Part shown: positions 27,104 to 36,700 of the stretch, piece after piece
How the letters are laid out: every line of letters starts with the position of its first letter
Numbering within the stretch: position 1 is the stretch's first letter
Assembly: GCA_964455285.1 (NCBI GenBank)
Contig: CAYVVG010000007.1
Span: forward strand, 1,751-65,750
Direction: 5' to 3'
Source: an uncultured Prolixibacteraceae bacterium
Lineage (GTDB): Bacteria > Bacteroidota > Bacteroidia > Bacteroidales > FEN-979
Length of the DNA stretch: 64,000 bases
Notes under the pieces: model-generated
Databases searched by the model: none
What the model saw: only the letters and a program-made list of their open reading frames with translations
What the model was told of the DNA's origin: nothing
Translations under genes and position numbers: made by a program

Positions 27104-27652
27104 TCAGGCCTCTTTCTCCGAGAGTTTTCCCGATTCGGGGAGGAAGATCTGCCTGACATTCTTGGGCTGGTTGATATAGTTGGGGCGCCTGGCCACGTAA
27201 AGTTTGCTTTTCTCTTTTCTCACGATGCAGACCCGGTCGGACTGGTTTCCTCCGAGAATGTGGTAGCAGGCGGCGTCTTCGCCGACATACAGCGCCACGT
27301 GCCCGGCTCTCCGTCCGTCGGGAGTGTTGCGGACAAAGGCCAGCACATCGCCCAGCATCGGGGTTTCGGTGTATTTGCCGAAGGTGCCCCAGTTGAGCGC
27401 CCAGAGCGGATCTTTGACCACCTGGCGGCCGCTGCGCCGGACGATGATGGCCATGAAAAGCCCGCACCAGGGGATCTCGTCGGCTTTATAGATGTTGGCG
27501 ACATTGGCGCCGATCTCCCGGGCCCAGGAGAGGATGACCGGGTTGTTGGCGGTGCCCGGGGCTTCGATCACGTCGATCAGTTTCAGCGCCTCGTTGAGCA
27601 TTCTCGGCCCGCCTTCTGCGGCCAGCCACCGGTATTCTTTCTGTAAAGGCAT
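27104..27652 (-). CDS. NlpC/P60-like cysteine peptidase resembling the TIGR02594 family, no signal peptide
   Basis: NNPVILSWAREIG...DEIPWCGLFMA (Cys), RRAGHVALYVGED (His), and ILGGNQSDRV, which I recall as typical of TIGR02594-type proteins. Confidence 0.8.
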   Translation of the reverse strand: MPLQKEYRWLAAEGGPRMLNEALKLIDVIEAPGTANNPVILSWAREIGANVANIYKADEIPWCGLFMAIIVRRSGRQVVKDPLWALNWGTFGKYTETPMLGDVLAFVRNTPDGRRAGHVALYVGEDAACYHILGGNQSDRVCIVRKEKSKLYVARRPNYINQPKNVRQIFLPESGKLSEKEA

Positions 27653-27682
27653 GATTCAGGAAATTTCATGTTTATATTAGGA

Positions 27683-27690
27683 CAAAGATA
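27683..27690 (-). promoter_or_regulatory. candidate -7 box (TATCTTTG) for the 27652-> cluster
   Basis: The reverse complement of CAAAGATA matches TAnnTTTG, 30 nt upstream of the ATG at 27652. Confidence 0.35.
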
Positions 27691-27752
27691 CAGTTAACAA
27701 AAGCAAAAACAATTGTGGAGCGACGGGAAACTTCCATCCTGTCGAAAAATGA

Positions 27753-27760
27753 TACTTTTG
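27753..27760 (+). promoter_or_regulatory. candidate -7 box (TACTTTTG) for the HD-domain gene
   Basis: Matches TAnnTTTG, 17 nt upstream of the ATG at 27778. It is divergent from the box at 27683. Confidence 0.35.
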
Positions 27761-27777
27761 CAGGAAAGATAGCCGAA

Positions 27778-28359
27778 ATGAACATGGATCCGACCCTGCT
27801 ACCCCTTGATCATACCGCCGCCCTGCAACTGCTTCACCGGTATGTCAAAAATGAAAAGATGATCTTTCACTGCCTGGCTTCGGAGGCGGTGATGGCCGGG
27901 ATCGCCCGGAGGCTGGGCCGTGACGAACAGGCATGGGGGCTTGCCGGCCTCCTTCACGACCTCGACGTGGAGATCACCAACGCCGATCCCCTGGTACATG
28001 GAACGCAGACCGAAGTGCTGCTGAAAGATTACGACTTGCCGCCCGAGATCCTCGACGCCATCCGGATGCACAACGAATGTTCATCGGGGAAGGAGCGCAG
28101 CACCGAATTCCAGCACGCCCTGGCGGCCGGCGAGACCATCACGGGGCTGATCTTCGCCACCACCTATGTCTATCCCGAAAAGAGACTGGCCGTCGTGAAG
28201 CCGAAATCGGTGGTCAAGCGGATGAAGGAGAAGATGTTCGCCGCCTCGGTGAAGCGGGAGAACATCCTCGAATGCGAAAAGATCGGGATCCCCATCGACG
28301 AATTCGCCGCCCTGGCGATTGCCGCCATGCTGCCGGTTGCGGGGGAGATAGGGTTGTGA
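27778..28359 (+). CDS. HD-domain phosphohydrolase
   Basis: I chose the ATG at 27778 (MNMDPTLLPL...). H..(29)..LLHDLD metal-binding pattern and ..IRMHNE... The stop codon lies inside the heptamer array at 28354-28381. Confidence 0.8.
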   Translation: MNMDPTLLPLDHTAALQLLHRYVKNEKMIFHCLASEAVMAGIARRLGRDEQAWGLAGLLHDLDVEITNADPLVHGTQTEVLLKDYDLPPEILDAIRMHNECSSGKERSTEFQHALAAGETITGLIFATTYVYPEKRLAVVKPKSVVKRMKEKMFAASVKRENILECEKIGIPIDEFAALAIAAMLPVAGEIGL

Positions 28360-28381
28360 GTTGTGAGTCGTGAGTTGTGAG
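28354..28381. repeat. heptamer tandem array 4 x (TYGTGAG)
   Basis: ttgtgag ttgtgag tcgtgag ttgtgag. It contains the stop codon of the HD gene and lies 16 nt from the stop of the convergent 194-aa gene. Confidence 0.9.
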
Positions 28382-28397
28382 CCAAGTCAGGTGATTT

Positions 28398-28982
28398 CTA
28401 CTTTGACAGCATGCAATCAGCAATTTCCGACAGGTTGTGTCCCAGCTTGTCCGACGAAATTTCATATTCGAAGAACATAGAGCCATCTTCATCCACCTGT
28501 GCGGAGGATATCGTCTTGTCTGCTGAAATATGGAGAATAAAGGACTTTAGTCGACCGCCCTCGGCAATCTGTTTGAGTTGTTCACGCGTAACTGAATAAA
28601 AACCGGCAATGTTGCAATCCAGCAGAGGCAGGGACTTGGCAGTAAAGGTACCGCACGGATACAGCGCGAGGTGCGCTCCGTCGTTAAAGAACAATTCCAG
28701 TGAATTATTCTTTTCAAACCCGAATTTCGAACTGCTGCTCCGGGTGATATAGAAATACAAATAATATTCTTCACCCGACTTTACAAAGCTCACAACCGAT
28801 GCGGTAGAGAAGCCATACAGCGTCTTTCGAATCTCGGTTGCGATATCAGGTTTTACCGAACAATCATCCGAACGGATCATTTTCAGATAATTCTTTGGGA
28901 ATTTCTTCCATTTGCATTGAGCTTCCGTGCCCAATGAAAATATCAGGCAGAAGCCGGCGACAAGGATAAATAGTTTTTTCAT
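28398..28982 (-). CDS. secreted hypothetical protein (low-GC cassette)
   Basis: Signal peptide MKKLFILVAGFCLIFSLGTEAQ. GC is clearly lower than in the flanks. Confidence 0.65.
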   Translation of the reverse strand: MKKLFILVAGFCLIFSLGTEAQCKWKKFPKNYLKMIRSDDCSVKPDIATEIRKTLYGFSTASVVSFVKSGEEYYLYFYITRSSSSKFGFEKNNSLELFFNDGAHLALYPCGTFTAKSLPLLDCNIAGFYSVTREQLKQIAEGGRLKSFILHISADKTISSAQVDEDGSMFFEYEISSDKLGHNLSEIADCMLSK

Positions 28983-28991
28983 GGCGTTGTT

Positions 28992-29543
28992 TTAAATAGT
29001 GATATATAAACCGATTAAAAACACATCCTTGAATTGGAATCCGGGAAGGATCATAACGGTCGGAGCCGACTCCTTGTTTTTAATATAGAGTCTTTTCCAC
29101 TTCGGATCGAAGGCTCCTATTATGGCGCCGGTAACTCCACAGCCCAGGGTCATGCCCGCATACAGGGTCGCCCAGTTAAAATCATCCATCGACCGATCGC
29201 CACTGTATTTCAGATGCGTTATGGCGACGGAGAAAAGACCGATTCCTGAGCCAATCAAACCGTATGCCAGGGCATGGTTTCCTTTCCGGACAGAAATATA
29301 GCGAAGGTCATCAACCCGGATCCGGGAGGGTTGCACAGCTCCTCCGTCGTTATAGGTAATAACGCTGTCGTTGATCAATATCAGGTTTCTGACCTTCAAT
29401 ATTTTATAGTCTTTTTTATAAATCTTGGCCCGGCCATAAGTAGTCTCTTTCCTGATAAATTCTTTTTGTGCACTGAGTGGATGAGAAAATATGACCATGA
29501 GGCAGACTGAAATGCTGAAACTTATGGTGCGAATGAAGTCCAT
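28992..29543 (-). CDS. hypothetical membrane protein (low-GC cassette)
   Basis: N-terminal hydrophobic segment ISFSISVCLMVIFSHPLSA plus two C-terminal TM candidates (ALAYGLIGSGIGLFSVAITHL, YAGMTLGCGVTGAIIGAF). Confidence 0.6.
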   Translation of the reverse strand: MDFIRTISFSISVCLMVIFSHPLSAQKEFIRKETTYGRAKIYKKDYKILKVRNLILINDSVITYNDGGAVQPSRIRVDDLRYISVRKGNHALAYGLIGSGIGLFSVAITHLKYSGDRSMDDFNWATLYAGMTLGCGVTGAIIGAFDPKWKRLYIKNKESAPTVMILPGFQFKDVFLIGLYITI

Positions 29544-29717
29544 ATTACTGTATATTAATTGATTAATAAATGGTATGTAACAGTTTCGGAAGTAATGGAA
29601 TGGTTACAAATTCGCAAACATGTAAAAATATGGTATATTTTCGATTCTTCCAAACCGCAGGAAAAAAACGGATGTTCATCCCGGTCACCATGACTGTTGC
29701 CAGAAGCGCTCGAAACG

Positions 29718-29752
29718 GTGAGCCGTGAGTCGTGAGCCGTGAGCCGTGAGTC
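29718..29752. repeat. heptamer tandem array 5 x (GTGAGYC)
   Basis: gtgagcc gtgagtc gtgagcc gtgagcc gtgagtc, ending 1 nt before the stop codon (29754-29756) of the 695-aa gene. Same motif and orientation as 28354-28381. Confidence 0.9.
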
Positions 29753-29753
29753 G

Positions 29754-31841
29754 TCACTTTACCACTAACTTACCCCGTGTTGCGGCGCCGTTGTTTCGGA
29801 TGACTTCCACCAGGTACATGCCCCGGGACAAACCGGCCAGGTCGAGACGGAAATCGGTTGTTGCTTGAAGTAGCCGGTGTTTCCTGACGGGCCGGCCGAA
29901 AAGGTCGGTCACATGTACCGCCTGCGGATGGCCCTCACCCCGTGAGTTAAACAGCAGGCGTGTGTAACCGGAGGCAGGGTTGGGAGTTATCGTAAAATCC
30001 CTCCCCGGTTGTTTATAAGCGGGTTCCGTCACCCCCACCGCAAAGGGTGACCGGGTAGAGAGAATTCCGCCCTGGGAACATCCGATCCAGCCGGTGCCGT
30101 CGGGTGAAACGGCCAGGGAGACCAGGTTCTGGATGGTCGTCACCGGTTCTGCAAGCCACTGATCACCGGATAGGGTAAATAACTCTGAACTGCCGATGGC
30201 ATACACATGTTCAGGGTCGGGATGACAGACATTGATAAGCCCGCCGGTTGATTCCGGACCGGGAGTCCAGGTGGATCCGTCAAAGTGATAGCTGACCCCG
30301 TGCATGTTGAATGAGGAATAGCCTACCGCCCATCCCGAGTTGGGGGAACAGAAAGAAACGGCTTGCATTACCTGGTCCGGCGGCGCAGCCATCTCCTCTG
30401 TCCAGGATCCCAACTGGTACCGGATGATCGCGTACTGAAATCCCGGGGATTTCCTGGCGATTCCCCAACCATGCGACGGATCCGTGAAGCTGAGGGAGCA
30501 TATCAGGCGGAGATCCGGGAAATAATAGGTGATCATTGAATTCCCGCTCAACAGGTAAACCCGGGCGCCACCGGAGACATAATCGGCCGCCAGCCAGGCG
30601 CCGCCATCTGGTAACGCACACACCACGCCGATCGGCACGCTAAGTGTGTCGGTGATCAGCTGCCAGCCCGAAGAAGAGTATCTGTACAGGAAAGTCTTGT
30701 GCAACCGGTTCGACCAACCGGCAGCGATTCCATGGTTCGTATCGGCAAAATGGATGTGCCGGATGTTCACTTCGCCGAAAGAGGTATCGGGAGCGAGGGT
30801 TCCGTGGTGATAACGAAGAATGTATTTTCCGTCGCCGGCCAGCCAGCCATGGGCCGTGTCGGGAAACGACAGGTCGATCCTGCCTTCGGCCAGGGTGTTT
30901 GAATAGTCCCAGCCCGACGCATCATGCCTTAGAATATGGCCCCACTCGGTTGCCACGTACATCTGCCCGGCACTGCCGGGAGCCAGGGCGTTGGGTGTGC
31001 CCGGATTCACATAAGAGCCTGTCCACCGGTTGCCGTCGAACTCAAAAACTGTCGTATCCGTCCAGAACCAGTTCGTTTGTCCTCCGCAACTCCACCCATG
31101 CTCCGGATTGTCAAAATGCAGATCATTGGAGGTGCATGGGGGATTCGACGGCGCCCATGACCAGGATGAGCCGTCGTAATTCATGATAAAATTCATCCCA
31201 TCGCTGTAAACGCCACCGATCCATCCGTGATCGGCATCATAAAAGAAGAGTGATCTGATATCGAGGATGTCGGAAGAAACCAGGGGATTCCAGTGCCAGC
31301 CTGTTTGGTCGTAACGGTAAAATTGCATGAATCCGCCGCACCATCCGTGATCCGGATCCGTAAAGCACACCTCGGTCACCCCTCCGTAACCGAGCGTATC
31401 GAGCGTGGTCCAGGCGGTACCGTCATAGTGCATTCTTACCTGGCCCACGGCCCAGCCATTGTCGGGCGAGGGAAAGCAAACGTCGTACAAATCCCTGGTG
31501 GTCCCTGCGTTTTCCTGTATCCAATCTCCGTTCGAGTACCTGAGCAGGGTGCCATGATTGCCCACCGCCCAGCCGTGGTTTTCATCGGTAAACCAAAGGG
31601 CGTTCAGATCCTGAAAAGTGATCCGGTCATACATGCTCCATCTTGTGCCGATGTAATGAAGAAGCTTCCCACCGTTCCCGACCGCCCATCCCTCGCCGGC
31701 CGAAGGAAAACAGAGATCATTCAGATGGTTGCCATCCCCTGAGGGGTTGTGCCAGTACCAGGTATGCTGGGCCCCGGCGGGCAGGTTCCCACAGAGAAGT
31801 CCGATTATCAGGAGGATTGCAGGTAACGGGAAGATCTTCAT
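29754..31841 (-). CDS. T9SS-secreted beta-propeller protein (Ycf48/BNR-like repeats)
   Basis: Signal peptide MKIFPLPAILLIIGLLCGNLPAGA. Repeated ..GWAVGN.G.LL.Y.G..W.. blades. CTD FTITPNPASGYTRLLF...GMYLVEVIRNNGAATRGKLVVK. Confidence 0.85.
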   Translation of the reverse strand: MKIFPLPAILLIIGLLCGNLPAGAQHTWYWHNPSGDGNHLNDLCFPSAGEGWAVGNGGKLLHYIGTRWSMYDRITFQDLNALWFTDENHGWAVGNHGTLLRYSNGDWIQENAGTTRDLYDVCFPSPDNGWAVGQVRMHYDGTAWTTLDTLGYGGVTEVCFTDPDHGWCGGFMQFYRYDQTGWHWNPLVSSDILDIRSLFFYDADHGWIGGVYSDGMNFIMNYDGSSWSWAPSNPPCTSNDLHFDNPEHGWSCGGQTNWFWTDTTVFEFDGNRWTGSYVNPGTPNALAPGSAGQMYVATEWGHILRHDASGWDYSNTLAEGRIDLSFPDTAHGWLAGDGKYILRYHHGTLAPDTSFGEVNIRHIHFADTNHGIAAGWSNRLHKTFLYRYSSSGWQLITDTLSVPIGVVCALPDGGAWLAADYVSGGARVYLLSGNSMITYYFPDLRLICSLSFTDPSHGWGIARKSPGFQYAIIRYQLGSWTEEMAAPPDQVMQAVSFCSPNSGWAVGYSSFNMHGVSYHFDGSTWTPGPESTGGLINVCHPDPEHVYAIGSSELFTLSGDQWLAEPVTTIQNLVSLAVSPDGTGWIGCSQGGILSTRSPFAVGVTEPAYKQPGRDFTITPNPASGYTRLLFNSRGEGHPQAVHVTDLFGRPVRKHRLLQATTDFRLDLAGLSRGMYLVEVIRNNGAATRGKLVVK

Positions 31842-31873
31842 GGCTTTTTTAATTTGGTTTCCAGGCTATGCTT

Positions 31874-32755
31874 TCATTCCTTGATAAACTTGATGTTTTT
31901 CACCCAACCGGCAGAGATGGCCCGCAACATATAGAATCCGGGTGGGAGGTCGGCGACCGGTAAGGTCACTTTCTGCTGATAAGCGGGGGGATATTGTTTA
32001 ACAAGCCTGGTATTCATGTTTAAAACCTGGATGGAAACCGTTTCCGCTCCCCATGGTAAGTCCAGGTACAGGTAATCCTGAACGGGGTTGGGATATACTA
32101 CCGGTCCAGCTTCCCGAGTGATCGCAGGATCCACCGGCAGAGCAGGATCTGAATGGAGCACGATGGTATAGGTAAGGGTGTCCCCGCCGCGGGTCAGTTT
32201 GTAATGCAATTCCGTTAATTCATCGCACAATGCAAATCCCGGAATTGTATCATGGACGGTGATATTTGAATCCGGTTCGATATCGTAAATGATCGAACGA
32301 ACGGGATAAAGGTCGGAGCAATGCATCACATTTACATGGCGGGGCCAGCCATAGAACCTAAAGTCGATGACGTAATAGGCTAAATGATCATTTACGATAA
32401 ATAATCCTCCAAAATCTCCGGCTTCCGATCCAAGCAGGGTGCAGGTATTGTCGGCAATTTTATACAGTGTGTATTCACTGCCGGCCCGGTAATCCACGAA
32501 ATAGCCGCATGGAGGAATCATCCGGAGCAAGTAGCCCCAATAGGATTCATCGGGTTGCGCGCTTTGATGGCTCAGGATTCCCGTCAGATAATGATACAAG
32601 ACATACCCCGAGCCATGATAGCCGTAACTGTAATTGTCGAAGTGATAATCGGGATTGATCACCAGCATGCACTCCTTTTCCTGAAAGCCAAGCCTCTGAG
32701 CTGAGGTGAAAGAGGCGATCGTCAGAAGGAAAAGAAATACCATAAAAGCCTTCAT
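31874..32755 (-). CDS. T9SS-secreted hypothetical protein
   Basis: Start moved to the ATG at 32755 (MKAFMVFLFLLTIASFTSAQ signal peptide). The track start at 32830 would add a non-signal extension. CTD VVYPNPVQDYLYLDL...GFYMLRAISAGWVKNIKFIKE. Confidence 0.8.
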   Translation of the reverse strand: MKAFMVFLFLLTIASFTSAQRLGFQEKECMLVINPDYHFDNYSYGYHGSGYVLYHYLTGILSHQSAQPDESYWGYLLRMIPPCGYFVDYRAGSEYTLYKIADNTCTLLGSEAGDFGGLFIVNDHLAYYVIDFRFYGWPRHVNVMHCSDLYPVRSIIYDIEPDSNITVHDTIPGFALCDELTELHYKLTRGGDTLTYTIVLHSDPALPVDPAITREAGPVVYPNPVQDYLYLDLPWGAETVSIQVLNMNTRLVKQYPPAYQQKVTLPVADLPPGFYMLRAISAGWVKNIKFIKE

Positions 32756-32780
32756 AAACAAAAGGTTACATGTGTGTGGT

Positions 32781-33365
32781 TTAGCGCTCCCCGGTCCGGA
32801 GGGGCTTTCCGGCTTTGGTCCTGACGGCACAACTTTTCACCTTTAGCTTCACCCGGTAATTATCCCAGTCAACCATCACCCAACCGTAATATTGTTTTCC
32901 GCCTTTGCTGATCATTAAACCGAGATATTTTGACGTATCGGAAAGGCATCGATAATAACTCGCCGTTGGAATGTTGAAAAGGAAATAGGTTTCGCTCCTC
33001 CATCTGCTGAATGAGGCATCAAATGCGATTCCTGCATCATAGAGGTACAGAGAATCCCATTTCTTTGGATTTTGATTGGGCAGGGTAACCTGGTTGCCGT
33101 TATGTCCGGTACATTCAAATGTGTACCCCCAATCGGAGCCGGAGGGTAAAATCACCTCGACCCTGTTGGCTGAAAAACTGAAATCGGTCACACTGTCATG
33201 ATCCGGATCGATCGTGAAACAGGTGGTATCCTGGATATAGTTGTAACTGACCGTGACGTCCGGCTCAAAATCCGTGTAGATGATTTGATCCTGCTCCGGT
33301 TGCTGATCCTTTTTGCAGGAAACGGAGAAGACGAGCAACAGAACCAGAAACGAGTATCTTTTCAT
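32781..33365 (-). CDS. lipoprotein, unknown function
   Basis: MKRYSFLVLLLVFSVSCKKD, a signal peptide with a lipobox Cys. Confidence 0.7.
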   Translation of the reverse strand: MKRYSFLVLLLVFSVSCKKDQQPEQDQIIYTDFEPDVTVSYNYIQDTTCFTIDPDHDSVTDFSFSANRVEVILPSGSDWGYTFECTGHNGNQVTLPNQNPKKWDSLYLYDAGIAFDASFSRWRSETYFLFNIPTASYYRCLSDTSKYLGLMISKGGKQYYGWVMVDWDNYRVKLKVKSCAVRTKAGKPLRTGER

Positions 33366-33567
33366 ACCCTTGACCGGCGATACAGTCAGAAAGCCTGACG
33401 AGTCCTTCGTTAGACTGAAATTCGTGTAAAGATAACCCTGATGCCCGGATAATGCAAGGGAAAAATTTACACTTTCTTATGCCCGAAAATCGGGCATACT
33501 CTGCCCTTATAGATATAATAGATTGGTTCACAATTATATGAAAATATCTATCCGCTCTGGAATTCAA

Positions 33568-33658
33568 GCCAGGTGCCCAATGCCAAGTGCCAAGTGCCAG
33601 GTGCCAGGTGCCAAGAGCCAAGAGCCAAGAGCCAGGTGCCAAGTGCCAGGTGCCAGGT
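33568..33658. repeat. heptamer tandem array 13 x (GCCARGW)
   Basis: gccaggt gcccaat gccaagt x2 gccaggt x2 gccaaga x3 gccaggt gccaagt gccaggt x2. It lies in the divergent intergenic region, 105 nt upstream of the ATG at 33763. Confidence 0.95.
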
Positions 33659-33675
33659 CAGCCGCGAAGCGTTCT

Positions 33676-33703
33676 GTCACCCGTCACCTGTCACGCGTCA
33701 CCA
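33676..33703. repeat. heptamer tandem array 4 x (GTCACNN)
   Basis: gtcaccc gtcacct gtcacgc gtcacca. This is the reverse complement of the GTGACGS motif seen at 47487 and 62621. Confidence 0.9.
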
Positions 33704-33762
33704 AAAGTTATCAACACCCCTGTCACCTTTTCCCCTTTCGCCGATTAAGCGGGAAAAAACCC

Positions 33763-36700
33763 ATGAAAACACTTTTCCTCTTTATCCCGGCCATCGCCGC
33801 ATGCGTTGCCGTCCGGGGCCAGGTCGCCGCGTGGGACGTGTACGGGCTTTCATTTCCCGTGACGGCGCCGGCCACCACGTGGAATCCCGGGCTGATCTCC
33901 GCCGGCGGGTCCTCCGACCTCACCCGCGGGCCCGGCGCCCCGGCCTCGGGCGGGGTGAACTCCTTCCGCACGCTGGGGTTCCAGAACAACGGGATCTCGA
34001 CATCGGCCAACGACTATTTCCAGGTCACCCTGCAGCCCCTGCCGGGCTACCGGCTGGCGCTCGCCACGATCGACGCCCGCCTTAACGGCACTTCCACCTT
34101 CTTCGCCAGTCCGGGCGTCACCTCGCAATTCGCCTACAGCCTCGACGGCGTTTCTTTTACCCTGATCGGGAGCCCGGTGCAGACGACCTCGCTCACCCTT
34201 CCGCAGATCGACCTTTCGGGCATCACGGACCTTCAGAACATCTACAACGGCACCACCGTGACGCTGCGGTATTACGCCAGCGGCCAGACCGCCACGGGAG
34301 GCTGGGGCTTCTATTCCGGATCGGCAGGCATCAACGGGCTGGCCATCGGCGGAACGGTCGAAGCAGCTGCGATTACTGCGCCGACCCAACAGGCCACGAC
34401 GATCGTGTTCTCCAACGTCCAGCAAACCTCCATGACGGTCGCCTGGACGCCGGGCAACGGGGAGAAGCGGGTGGTCAAGATCAACACGGCCGACAGTTTC
34501 ACACCGCCCGCCGACGGCACCGACCCCCCGGCCAACCCCGTATACATCGGTACGGGCGAGCAGGTGATCTACAACTATTCCGGGGCCTCGGTGCCGTCGG
34601 TCACCGGGCTCACAGCCGGTACGACCTACTGGTTCCGTGCCTACGAGTACAACGGCTCCGGCACGCTGACCCTGTACAACACCTCGTCCGCCTCAGGAAA
34701 CCCCTCAGCGCAGGCCGCTTCCGCCACCCTGCTGCCCCCGGCGATCGGCGCTCCTTCGCTCACTCAGCTGACTCCAACCTCGGCCCGGCTCGGCGGATGC
34801 ATCACCTCCGGCGGGGGGAGTCCGCTGCTGGAAAGGGGTACCGTGTGGAGCCTTGCCACGCCGGTGACCCTGGCCGATCACCCCATGGCGGAAGGTGGAA
34901 CCGACACCGGCGCATTCAGCCACCTGCGCGACACCCTGCCGGCCGCGTCGCTGATCCGGTTCCGGGCATATGCACGCAATCCGGTCGGAGCCTCCCTGAC
35001 CAGCGAACGCTCCTTTTACACGCCAGCCTTCGAGCCGCCCGCCCAGGTGACCGGGTTCGATGCCGTGGCGGCGGGCACCACCGGCATCGAACTTTCCTGG
35101 ATTCCGGCCGCCGCGGGGGCCGACGGCTACCTGATCCTCATGAAGACCGGCACTTTCGCCAGTTCCGGGATCCCCTCCGACACCATCGCCTACCTTCCCG
35201 GTTCCCCCCTCGGCGACGGGACCGTGGCTGCCGTTGTCACCCCCGGAAACGCGTCCTTCGCCTCAATTGCAGGTCTTTCTCCGGGAACCGAGTACACCTT
35301 CACGATCTTTCCTTATGCATGGGACGGCATTCATCCGCAAACGATGAATTACCTGACCCAGCCCCCGGTGCCTTCAGCGATGGCCGCCACCAACATCCCT
35401 TCGGTGATGATCTACCACTGGACCGGGGCGACGGGCACCTCCTGGACCGCCGCCTCCAACTGGAGCCCGGCACGCAACGTTCCCGCCCCGAATGATAGGC
35501 TGATTTTCGACATCGGCGGCGCCTGGACCCTCTCCGACATCCCCGTCCAGACCCTCGGGCAGATGAAGATACAATCCAACACCTCGGTCACCCTGCCGGG
35601 CACGGCCACGCTTACCCTGGCAGGCGACACGGGCGACGACCTCGTGGTGGAGGCGGGTTGCCAGCTGAATGCTTCGGGTTCCGGGGCGATCGCCATTTCA
35701 CTCTCCCCGGGAGCATCGGGCGCGATCGGCGGTGCCATGACCTTTTCGGGCGGAGGACACCGGCTGCTGGCAGCCTCGGCCGGGGGGATCCGTTTTTTAC
35801 AGGGAAGCCAGTTCAAGGCGGCTGCCGGTTTCTCGGGCAACCCGTTCGGCACCTCCAGCCTGAATTCTGTCGTGTTCGATCCAGGCTCGGTTTACCTGAG
35901 CCTTGCCGGAGGCAATCCCTTCGGGGCCACGGCTCCTGCCTCGGTGGTGGTCTTTCAGCCGGGAAGCCTCTTCCGGATCGACGCCTACGTGGTTCCCTCG
36001 TTTGGCGGAAGGACGTACGGCGATTTCGAGATGAACTATGCCGGGCTGATCACCGCCACAGGTTCGGCGGCGGTGTCGATCGGGAACTTCACCGCCACGC
36101 AGGGGAATTTCTATTTCAACGTCACCGGCAACCCTGGCCATACCATCCGCGGGAATATCCAGGTGGGACACCTGGGGACCCTTTTCTTCTCCCCGTCATC
36201 ACCCGGGACGGTCAAGTTCAACGGCACATCCGCCCAGACGATCTCCGGTGCCGGCTCCCTCATGGCGGGGGTCCATTCCACCCTCCTCGTATCCAACCCG
36301 GCCGGCGTCACCCTGAACATGCAGGCGCAGCTCCAGAACCTCACCATCCAGGCGGGTGCCCGGTTTACCGTTGCTCCGGCGGCAAGGCTCACCGTTTCGG
36401 GCGACCTGGTCAACGGGGCTGCCGCCACCGGACTGGTGGTCGAACCTGACGGATCGCTGATCCACAGCACCCCGGGAGTGGAAGGAACGGTGAAACGCAC
36501 CATCGGGGCGGCCGACTGGGGCGACTGGCAGGACGGCTGGCATTTTCTCGCTTCGCCGGTATCGGGACAGCCTTTCGATACCAGCGGGGGATTTATCGCC
36601 ACCGGGGCAGGGAACGACTATGATCTGTACACCTGGTCGGAGCAGGACCAGTTGTGGGTCAACCACAAGAATACAGGCGCCCCCCCGCTTTTCACGACCG

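Noticed and set aside
29563-29757. 64-aa ORF MTTHGSRLTTHGS... and the ORFs 56811..57119 and 56828..57079
   Set aside because: These are translations of tandem-repeat DNA in intergenic regions, with no start context or motif.
33479-33497. Palindrome ATGCCCGA-AAA-TCGGGCAT sharing the core CCGAAAATCGG with GTCCGAAAATCGGAC at 56350-56364, both ~105-135 nt upstream of minus-strand secreted-protein genes
   Set aside because: An 11-nt match between two sites in 64 kb is expected many times by chance (hundreds of such pairs). With only two sites the positional similarity is anecdotal.
33568-33658. Possibility that the repeat arrays are CRISPR arrays
   Set aside because: The units are 7-9 nt and directly abutting, with no unique spacers between them. 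There is no leader and no cas genes in the window.
33523-33762. 80-codon N-terminal extension of the 1329-aa ORF (..PSAKCQVPGAKSQEPRARCQVPGAR..), and the parallel ORF 33573..34085
   Set aside because: The extension is simply the heptamer arrays read as protein. A proper signal peptide starts at the ATG at 33763.
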